Below, piece by piece: positions 57,335 through 64,000 of a DNA stretch of 64,000 nucleotides; position 1 is the first letter of the stretch; the number at the start of each line of letters is the position of its first letter. The position numbers and the translations under genes are program-made. This DNA comes from Candidatus Komeilibacteria bacterium (GTDB taxonomy: Bacteria > Patescibacteriota > Patescibacteriia > UBA1558 > 2-01-FULL-52-15): the NCBI GenBank assembly GCA_043801745.1, contig JAZDLR010000016.1:1535-65534 (forward strand), read 5' to 3'. The notes below the pieces were generated by a model that was given only the letters and a program-made list of their open reading frames with translations, was not told where the DNA came from and searched no databases.

Positions 57335-57637
57335 TTATTTAGATTCTTTACTGAATAATTCCAATACCGCGTTAGCATCGGCTCCGATTTGTCTTTCTTG
57401 TTCTTCAGTAAAATAACTGGTGGCACCATGTTGTTTCAAGGCTTGCCTTATAGCGGCCTTGGCTTTCAGCTGATTAATCAGTTGCGCCGCAGCGATTGAA
57501 AATTTAGGATCAGCCTCAAGGGCTAAGGCTGCTTCCTGTAAAACAACATCCCGATCAATACTAATCTCTTGGAAATCAGCTCCGGTAAAAACATAGTTTC
57601 TGCCTTCTGTTTTTAAGGGTAATTCGTCAAACCTCAT
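57335..57637 (-). CDS. hypothetical protein
   Basis: ORF only; immediately downstream of dnaN. Confidence 0.35.
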   Translation of the reverse strand: MRFDELPLKTEGRNYVFTGADFQEISIDRDVVLQEAALALEADPKFSIAAAQLINQLKAKAAIRQALKQHGATSYFTEEQERQIGADANAVLELFSKESK

Positions 57638-57678
57638 GGTGTGAATTTTATACTGTTTTAAATCAAAAAAATATCTAA

Positions 57679-58788
57679 TTATTGTTTTATCGGCATTATC
57701 AAATAACGGAAACTGGTGTCGCTTTCCGGCGACATTAAAGCCGGACCGCTACTATCATTAAGTTTAATTTTTCCTTTATCATTATTAAGATTATTAATAC
57801 CATCTAATAGGTAGCGGTAATTAAATACTATTTCTCCCGCCTTACCGTCAACATCAGCCTGAACCCGTGAAATATTGTCTCCTGACATACTATTCTGCGC
57901 CCGCAACTGAATTTCTTTAGTGTCGGGAACATAAGAAACCCTAACATCATTAATTCCTGGCTGGCAAAATAATGCAGTAGTTTTAATAGTCGGAGCTAAA
58001 GATGAGACCTGAAAAGAAATAGTGCTGGTAAAACTAGTTGGTATAATCTGCTGATAATCCGGATAGTGGCCAACAACTATCCTGGATATTACTTCGGTTG
58101 GTCCAATTACTACCTTAATTTGATTATCATTAACCATAATTATTGTCTCTTCTGTTTCGTTATCTTCTGCCAATATTTTAGCTAATTGCTGCACAGTTTT
58201 AAGAGGAATAATTAATTTCTGTTCCTTGTCTGATCCTTTGATCAGGGCCAGGTGTTTTTCCGCCAACCGATAGCTATCGGTTGCCACCAAAGTCAGTTTA
58301 TCTTCAATAAAACTAAAAAATACCGCATTAAGCTCTGGTCGTCCCTCATCACTACTAGCAGCAAACAATACTTGATTAAGACCGTCTCGCAGAATGGCAG
58401 TTGCTATAACTATTGTCGTCTCGGGAGATATTTCAGGAATTAGCGGAAAATCATTAGCCGACTCCCCTTTTATCTTGGTGGTGTGATTCTCCCCCTGAAT
58501 GACCAGGGTGTTTTCCTGCAGTTCAATACTAATATTTTCCCTTTTTAGCGAGTGGACAAAGTCTCCTAGCAGTTTAGCATTGACTGTAAAGCTACCTGCC
58601 TCTTCAATTTTACCTCTGACTTTACTTTTTATTCCTATCTCAAGGTTAGTGGTAACTAAAGTTAGGCCTTCTTTATCGGCTTGCAAAAGAACATTATTTA
58701 AAATCGGTAAATTAGGATGTTTACCGGCTAGTCCAAAAATCAACTGTAAACCTTTGGACAAATTTTCCTGTGTACAACTTAATTTCAT
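57679..58788 (-). CDS. dnaN: DNA polymerase III subunit beta (sliding clamp)
   Basis: Three-domain clamp length; N-terminal MKLSCTQENLSKGLQ typical; adjacent to dnaA. Confidence 0.9.
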   Translation of the reverse strand: MKLSCTQENLSKGLQLIFGLAGKHPNLPILNNVLLQADKEGLTLVTTNLEIGIKSKVRGKIEEAGSFTVNAKLLGDFVHSLKRENISIELQENTLVIQGENHTTKIKGESANDFPLIPEISPETTIVIATAILRDGLNQVLFAASSDEGRPELNAVFFSFIEDKLTLVATDSYRLAEKHLALIKGSDKEQKLIIPLKTVQQLAKILAEDNETEETIIMVNDNQIKVVIGPTEVISRIVVGHYPDYQQIIPTSFTSTISFQVSSLAPTIKTTALFCQPGINDVRVSYVPDTKEIQLRAQNSMSGDNISRVQADVDGKAGEIVFNYRYLLDGINNLNNDKGKIKLNDSSGPALMSPESDTSFRYLIMPIKQ

Positions 58789-59037
58789 ACTATATGTATA
58801 TATAAAGATAAGATAATAATAGAAGAGAGGTGGATACTGTTGATGACTGACGGAATTAGTGAATTAACTTAGAGAAAACGACGTAATCTCTCCCCAGTAG
58901 CATGTGAATATAGTTGGTGGTAAGTGACTAGTTGTTCACACCTGATTAATTTTGTGAAAGGTGACGAAGAAATAGAAGTGGTTTGTTAACAGGTTTGTGG
59001 ACTTTTTATACACACGGCCGGTGGATAAAAATAATTA

Positions 59038-60402
59038 CTATAATTGATAAATTTTTTGTCGTAAAAGAGCGACGTCATTTTTTATTTTTTCATCTCGCTG
59101 CAAACTTTCTTTGATTTTATTGCAGGCATGCATGGCAGTGGTGTGGTCACGGCCACCCAACTCCTGTCCGATGTTGGGGAAAGAGGCGTTCATTTCTTCT
59201 CGCATTAACCACATAGTAATCTGGCGGGGAACTACCAGCTCTTTCTTGCGGCAGGTTCCGACTAAATCGTCAATACTAATTTCAAAAAATTCAGCCACTG
59301 ATTGGATTAGGCGGCGCGCTGTCAAACCGCCCTTCTTAGGGTTGCTACTAATAGTAGATAAGATGCCGCGGGTGGACTCTACCGTTGGTAAGGAGTTGTT
59401 AAGTTGATGAAAAGCAATAATACGGTTTAAGGCGCCCTCTAATTCACGGATATTATCTTTAATATTTTCAGCAATGGACTGAATAATTTCCTTGTCCAGA
59501 GAAAAGGCTCTTTCTTGGCATTTGGCTTGTAAAATAGCCACCCTGGTCTCAAAATCTGGGGCAGAAATATCAGCGATCATTCCCCATTCAAAGCGCGAAA
59601 CCAGGCGGTTTTCAATAGCTGGAATAGCTTTGGGTGGTCGGTCAGAACTAATAATTATCTGTTTATTGGCTTGGTGTAGGGCGTTGAAGGTGTGAAAAAA
59701 TTCTTCTTGGGTCTGCTCCTTGCCGGCGATAAATTGAATATCATCGATCAGTAGAACGTCAACATTACGGTAGGCCTTTTTAAATTTTTCCGTTTCCCCG
59801 GTTTTAATAGAGGCGACAAAGTCATTGGTAAACTTTTCACTATTAATATAGAGAATCTTGGTACCGGGGTTCGTTTCCAGAATATGATTACCGACAGCCT
59901 GAATTAAATGAGTTTTTCCTAGCCCTACCCCACCATAAAGAAATAGCGGATTATAAACTTGTCCCGGCTTGGCAGCAACAGCCTTGGAGGCAGCATGCGC
60001 CAACTCATTACCCTTGCCGACTATGAAACTGTTAAAAGTGTATTTTTTATTAAGACCAAATTTATTCTGCGTAAAAGTATTGGTGTCGTTGGTGGTTGGT
60101 CCCAGCTTTTCTTCGGTATTGCGGTGTACTGCTTTTTCTACTGGCGCCGATTGAGCGGAAACTTTGTAGCTAATTTTCAATTTTCTATCACCGCCCAACA
60201 AATTATTAACAGCCGTAGCAATTTGTTGGTGATATTTATTTTCCAGCCAAGCTTTAGTAAAGGCGTTGGGCACACCAACAATTAAAATATCAGGCTCACG
60301 ATCAAAAACAAAAGTATTTTTAAACCAAGTGGTAAAATTAGCTTTAGAAATTAACAGTTCAAGTTCGCCAAGAACTGCTTGCCAGAGTTGATTATTGTCC
60401 AT
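59038..60402 (-). CDS. dnaA: chromosomal replication initiator protein DnaA
   Basis: AAA+ Walker A GGVGLGKTHL, Walker B LLIDDIQF, sensor and C-terminal DNA-binding domain. Confidence 0.9.
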   Translation of the reverse strand: MDNNQLWQAVLGELELLISKANFTTWFKNTFVFDREPDILIVGVPNAFTKAWLENKYHQQIATAVNNLLGGDRKLKISYKVSAQSAPVEKAVHRNTEEKLGPTTNDTNTFTQNKFGLNKKYTFNSFIVGKGNELAHAASKAVAAKPGQVYNPLFLYGGVGLGKTHLIQAVGNHILETNPGTKILYINSEKFTNDFVASIKTGETEKFKKAYRNVDVLLIDDIQFIAGKEQTQEEFFHTFNALHQANKQIIISSDRPPKAIPAIENRLVSRFEWGMIADISAPDFETRVAILQAKCQERAFSLDKEIIQSIAENIKDNIRELEGALNRIIAFHQLNNSLPTVESTRGILSTISSNPKKGGLTARRLIQSVAEFFEISIDDLVGTCRKKELVVPRQITMWLMREEMNASFPNIGQELGGRDHTTAMHACNKIKESLQRDEKIKNDVALLRQKIYQL

Positions 60403-60676
60403 GGGGTAAGGAATAATCCGATGCTTAAACCACTATAGCACAGTGTGTGGATAGGCAGAATATAGCACAAGTGCAAAAAATGTGAATAGACGGTGGAGAA
60501 CAGGAATTAGGAGTTGGGCTATGGCCTCTTAGGTGTGGGGTTGTGGATTATTAAACTACTCTTAAGTCTAAGTATTACAACCTTTACAAATTTAAGAGCG
60601 CGTGTTATTTTTGATCAGTAATTATATTAATATTTTCTGACTAATTTCTAATTCCTAACTCCTAAAGCCTAACAAT
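60403..60676. promoter_or_regulatory. probable oriC: DnaA-box-like 9-mers (TGTGGATAG 60446-60454, TGTGAATAG 60481-60489, TGTGGATTA 60532-60540) plus AT-rich unwinding stretch about 60600-60660
   Basis: Motif matches to TTATCCACA/TGTGGATAA with 8/9 or 7/9 identity; classical rpmH<->dnaA divergent layout. Confidence 0.55.
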
Positions 60677-60814
60677 ATGCCAAAAAGAACCTATCAGCCG
60701 AAGAAGCGTAAGCGGGCAAGAACTCACGGATTCCGCGAACGCATGTCTACGCCAACTGGTCGCCGAGTTTTAAAAAGACGCCGCGCCAAGGGACGTAAGC
60801 GCCTAACAGTATAA
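60677..60814 (+). CDS. rpmH: 50S ribosomal protein L34
   Basis: 45-aa [26 protein letters not shown]... (below the track threshold) directly upstream of rnpA. Confidence 0.85.
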   Translation: MPKRTYQPKKRKRARTHGFRERMSTPTGRRVLKRRRAKGRKRLTV

Positions 60815-60821
60815 TAATCCT

Positions 60822-61163
60822 ATGTTGCCCGCAGATAATCGTTTGAAGCGGGACCAAGACTTTCAAAAGGTAGCTGCCAAAGGAAGATATGGCTACTCCG
60901 CGTTACTAACGGTCAAGTATTGCCCCAACCATTTGCCGGTTTCCAGGTTTGGTTTCGTGATTTCTACTAAGGTTGATAAAAGGGCAGTGGTGCGTAACCG
61001 TATTAAGCGGCGCGTTAGGGAGATAATTAGGCTAAAATTAGACGAAATAAAGTTAGGTTTTGATATTGTAATTATTATGAAAAAAGCCAGCGTAGAAGCC
61101 AAATACGCCGATTTTAGTCAGGATTTATTTTTGGTCTTGGAAAGAGCCAACCTATTATGTTAA
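60822..61163 (+). CDS. rnpA: ribonuclease P protein component
   Basis: RNR-like motif region [15 protein letters not shown]; position after rpmH. Confidence 0.85.
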   Translation: MLPADNRLKRDQDFQKVAAKGRYGYSALLTVKYCPNHLPVSRFGFVISTKVDKRAVVRNRIKRRVREIIRLKLDEIKLGFDIVIIMKKASVEAKYADFSQDLFLVLERANLLC

Positions 61164-61411
61164 AGATATTAAATAAATGGCTGAAATTAGCCATTTTGTC
61201 ACTTATTTGGTTATACCGGAGGACTCTTTCTCCGGATGAGGGTTGGTTTTCCGGCCTCTACCCCAACGGTTTCTGTCCTTATGAGCCGCACTGTTCAGTC
61301 TATTGCTATCAAGCAATTGAAAAATATGGTATTGTCAGGGGCGCCTACAAGGGACTGGCAAGAATTTTGCGCTGCCATCCCTGGACGGCCGGCGGACATG
61401 ATCCGGTTTAA
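61157..61411 (+). CDS. yidD: membrane protein insertion efficiency factor YidD
   Basis: Conserved [11 protein letters not shown] ... [12 protein letters not shown] ... [11 protein letters not shown]. Confidence 0.85.
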   Translation: MLKILNKWLKLAILSLIWLYRRTLSPDEGWFSGLYPNGFCPYEPHCSVYCYQAIEKYGIVRGAYKGLARILRCHPWTAGGHDPV

Positions 61412-61462
61412 TTAGTTGAAAGTTATAAGTTGTCAGTTATAAGAATAAGATAAATTTTTTTC

Positions 61463-62188
61463 ATGAATATTTTAGTAACAATTTTTTATCAGCCACTATT
61501 TAATCTGTTGGTTTGGTTATATAACGTTATTCCCGGACATGACATGGGAGTTACAATTATTGCTTTGACAGTGATTATTCGTTTGATTCTATATCCTCTG
61601 GCCCAGAGGGCTATTGTTTCGCAGCGGGCTATGCAAACCTTACAACCCAAGATCGATCAGTTACGCGAAGAGCTCAAGAATGACAAAGAGAAACTGTCAA
61701 AGGAGTTGATGGAGCTGTACAAGCGGGAGAAGATTAATCCGGTATCGTCTTGCTTGCCGGTGTTGATTCAATTACCCTTCCTTTTCGCCTTATTTGCCGT
61801 GTTCAATAGCGGTTTGAATAATGGTGGCTTTGAGTTGCTTTATCCTTTTGTGAAGAACCCGGGGTCGCTAAACACCATGGCTTTTGGTTTCTTTGACTTA
61901 GTTCAGAAAAACATACCCCTGGCAGTAATCACCGGTATTTTACAGTTTGTGCAAACTAAAATGTTAATGGTGAGCAATAAAAATAAAACCATGGGCACCA
62001 GTACTATGACCAAAGCCATGAATCAGCAGATGCTCTACATGATGCCGATCTTTACTATAATTATTGGCGCTTCTTTAGCGGCCGGTATAACCCTTTATTG
62101 GTTAATTACAACCCTATTTTCTATTGGGCAACAATATTTTTTGTTGCGGCACAAACCACCAACTTCAACACCAGAGATCATTGGTTAA
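61463..62188 (+). CDS. yidC: YidC/Oxa1-family membrane protein insertase (short form)
   Basis: 5-TM core with PLAQRAIVSQRAMQTLQPKIDQLRE and LPxLIQLPFLFALF motifs. Confidence 0.8.
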   Translation: MNILVTIFYQPLFNLLVWLYNVIPGHDMGVTIIALTVIIRLILYPLAQRAIVSQRAMQTLQPKIDQLREELKNDKEKLSKELMELYKREKINPVSSCLPVLIQLPFLFALFAVFNSGLNNGGFELLYPFVKNPGSLNTMAFGFFDLVQKNIPLAVITGILQFVQTKMLMVSNKNKTMGTSTMTKAMNQQMLYMMPIFTIIIGASLAAGITLYWLITTLFSIGQQYFLLRHKPPTSTPEIIG

Positions 62189-62264
62189 TGTTGGGGTCCC
62201 GCTCGCGGGGGTAATTTTAAAATTACGCATTCTCTGGAATTCGTCATCTGGGATAGTCTGAAAA

Positions 62265-62573
62265 AAGAGAACGCCACGGTCGAATGATCGTGGCGTTTTG
62301 ACGCAAGGTCCGCACAAGCCGCAGATGGGCAAGATGGGCGAAACCCGCAGATGATATAACCTTATTGGCTTTTTGCCGGCACCATAGGGGGCTATCCCCC
62401 ACAGGTACCGCGTCACCCCCTTTATCGAAGTATCGGGGGCTTGCTCGCCCACTGGGCGACGGCAGGGTTGGGGCACATTGGCCCCGTTAGCCGAGGAGAC
62501 ACTCGTCGGACCGCTGAGCTCTAGCGGCCAAACAGGCGTTTCCTTTCTAAACCCTCGATCCCTGGGCGTCCCC
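62265..62573 (-). other. GC-rich structured non-coding region; tentative tmRNA-like element
   Basis: Minus strand begins GGGGACGCCCAGGGAUCGAGGG (resembles tmRNA 5' GGGGCUGAUUCUGGAUUCGACGGG); 3' side has hairpin CCACG-AUCAUUCGAC-CGUGG then CGUUCUC that can pair with the 5' end; no tag ORF identified. Confidence 0.2.
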
Positions 62574-62733
62574 TGGGATCAATGTACTAATAACCTTTTA
62601 TCATATATATAAAATTGTGTCAACCCCGAAAACCGAAGTAAATTAAAATAATGGCTAGTTTTGGCCAATTTAGGTGCTAATCATACTATGTTTGAGTGTT
62701 CGGGTCCCAAGTTGCAAGCCACAAGTCCCCTCT

Positions 62734-63474
62734 TCAAAAACTCCTTTGACTGCCAACAATGATTTTTAAGCGGCCGGGGGCGATTTCAATGCTGGCTGGG
62801 GTTTTCATGACCAGCTGTTCGTCAGTAACAATAGACACCGGTTCGCCGACCAGGCTATTGATCATTAGTTTCTTAAACGGCAAAACCGTGGATTTTAAGG
62901 GGTGACCACCGGAAAGCCAGCCAGAACGCCAGGGCGTAATCACGGCCTCCATAATACCATCAGTCGGATCACAATGAATCGCCTCATGACTAAAATTACA
63001 CAGTTGAATGGTATGACGTTCGGTTGTTGGTGCAATCTGAAAAGAATCACACAATAATGATACCGGAGCGTTTACTACTTCGGCTGAATGCATAAAATAC
63101 TGATTATTAATGCGGCCCAAGTCTAATTTTTTAATTATCCTACCAGAGACAACCTCACAAGCCAGCTCGCGTGGCGGCACGCCAAGAATTTTGGCAATTT
63201 TACTTTTGTCATCTACTGGTATAATACCCAAAACCACATCGAGATCAGCCACAACATTGATAACCTTGGCAAAGGTTTGGTCATCACCAATGGCCACCAC
63301 AGTTTTTACTCCGTCTTTAACAGCATCAGCAATCAACTCTTTTAAATTTTTGAGAATAGATAAACGGGCGATGCGGCCTTTAATATCCAGGTCAGTAACG
63401 CGCTGCTCAACCCTGGCCAGAAGGGTGGCGTATTTGGGCTGATTTAAAAAAGAGTCGTAAATGTACAGATACAT
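62734..63474 (-). CDS. diacylglycerol-kinase-family lipid kinase (YegS/BmrU-like)
   Basis: DAGK_cat-like VVAIGDDQTF (GGDGT variant) and downstream GIIPVD region. Confidence 0.55.
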   Translation of the reverse strand: MYLYIYDSFLNQPKYATLLARVEQRVTDLDIKGRIARLSILKNLKELIADAVKDGVKTVVAIGDDQTFAKVINVVADLDVVLGIIPVDDKSKIAKILGVPPRELACEVVSGRIIKKLDLGRINNQYFMHSAEVVNAPVSLLCDSFQIAPTTERHTIQLCNFSHEAIHCDPTDGIMEAVITPWRSGWLSGGHPLKSTVLPFKKLMINSLVGEPVSIVTDEQLVMKTPASIEIAPGRLKIIVGSQRSF

Positions 63475-63482
63475 AACAACGA

Positions 63483-63917
63483 TTACATTTCGGCTTTACG
63501 TTCTTTTAAAGGTTCTGATTTGTTAACTTCCGGTTTGGCGGTTTCGCGTTCGGTTTTTTCTACCGAAGCAGCCATATTAAGTTGTCCATTGATGACACCG
63601 CCGGACTCCACTGACAAAACAGTTGTTCGGACATTGCCGACAATTTGTGCAGTAGCGGTTAACTCTAGTTTGCCCTTAATACTAACATTACCTTTAACCC
63701 GACCGGCAACGTAAGCGTTCTTAGCTTTGATCTCCGCTTCCACGACCGCACCCGGACCAATACGCAAATTATTATTAGTCACCAGGTTGCCGACAACCGT
63801 GCCTTCAATGATTAAATCGCCTTCACCGGTAAAGTCCCCCTCCACCCGGACCGATGGTCCAATGAACGTTTCCACTGTCTTTTTGTTTACCTCGGTAGAG
63901 TTTTTGGCAGCAAACAT
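63483..63917 (-). CDS. bactofilin-family cytoskeletal protein
   Basis: Repeated GxVxGNV/IxGxV beta-helix repeats (IEGTVVGNL, VAGRVKGNVSIKGKL, IVGNVRTTVL) with charged C-terminal tail. Confidence 0.7.
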   Translation of the reverse strand: MFAAKNSTEVNKKTVETFIGPSVRVEGDFTGEGDLIIEGTVVGNLVTNNNLRIGPGAVVEAEIKAKNAYVAGRVKGNVSIKGKLELTATAQIVGNVRTTVLSVESGGVINGQLNMAASVEKTERETAKPEVNKSEPLKERKAEM

Positions 63918-64000
63918 AGATGTAGATTAATGCTTAATTTACCTATAGAGTAGGGGCTTTTGACAGCCTTGTCAATTTACAAAATGTCAGAATTATTTTA

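Noticed and set aside
62165-62476. 103-aa minus-strand ORF in the GC-rich region after yidC
   Set aside because: It lies within a stop-poor GC-rich structured segment, with no RBS or recognisable protein features, and is more likely non-coding.
62265-62573. Confident tmRNA call
   Set aside because: The 5'-end similarity is suggestive, but I could not find a tag-peptide ORF ending in a stop with a plausible resume codon, nor a G3:U70 pair. It is kept only as a tentative finding.
1-64000. CRISPR arrays, IS elements/transposases, integrases, rRNA genes
   Set aside because: No regularly spaced direct repeats, no transposase/integrase-like ORFs and no rRNA-like conserved stretches were seen in either strand.

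Overview
This is a low-GC (~40-43%) bacterial chromosomal segment whose gene content points to a Candidate Phyla Radiation (Patescibacteria-like) genome. That inference rests on many small signal-peptide/2-TM pilin-like proteins, numerous GT-C-type multi-TM membrane proteins, apparently leaderless genes and small housekeeping proteins. It spans the replication origin: dnaA/dnaN on the minus strand are divergent from rpmH-rnpA-yidD-yidC on the plus strand, with DnaA-box-like motifs and an AT-rich stretch between them. Recognisable genes include TspO, an RRM protein, a cupin, an SPFH protein, Ham1, UDP-xylose synthase, a MarR-HlyD-ABC-FtsX efflux operon, Fic, an ArsM-like methyltransferase, GalU, a solute-binding protein, a five-gene pilin-like cluster, PGI/PMI, YebC-RuvC, two GlgA genes flanking an APH-like kinase and a PHP protein, a GalT-like protein, TyrRS, a class A PBP, a CYTH-uridine kinase fusion, a DAG-kinase-like protein and bactofilin. 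I call three tRNAs with reasonable confidence (Ala-CGC, Pro-CGG, and a minus-strand tRNA that carries an apparent ~29-nt insertion in the anticodon loop) plus one atypical tRNA-like gene. Several stretches break the host composition pattern: (1) a 2.4-kb single-gene insert (742-aa orphan protein) bracketed by perfect 49-bp direct repeats that end in a tRNA 3'-end-like GGTCCACCA, lying beside tRNA-Ala and a degenerate tRNA copy; (2) a ~1.7-kb high-GC (~58-60%) three-gene cassette beside the minus-strand tRNAs, next to a 40-bp double-hairpin element flanked by a 13-bp duplication of a tRNA 5' end; (3) a high-GC lipoprotein gene after the pilin cluster; (4) GC-rich, ORF-poor, hairpin-rich regions (46.6-47.2 kb, 51.39-51.55 kb, 62.2-62.7 kb) that look like structured ncRNAs I could not assign; and (5) a remnant of a heavy-metal P-type ATPase C-terminus in an intergenic region. 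Product calls are motif-based only; no database searches were possible.
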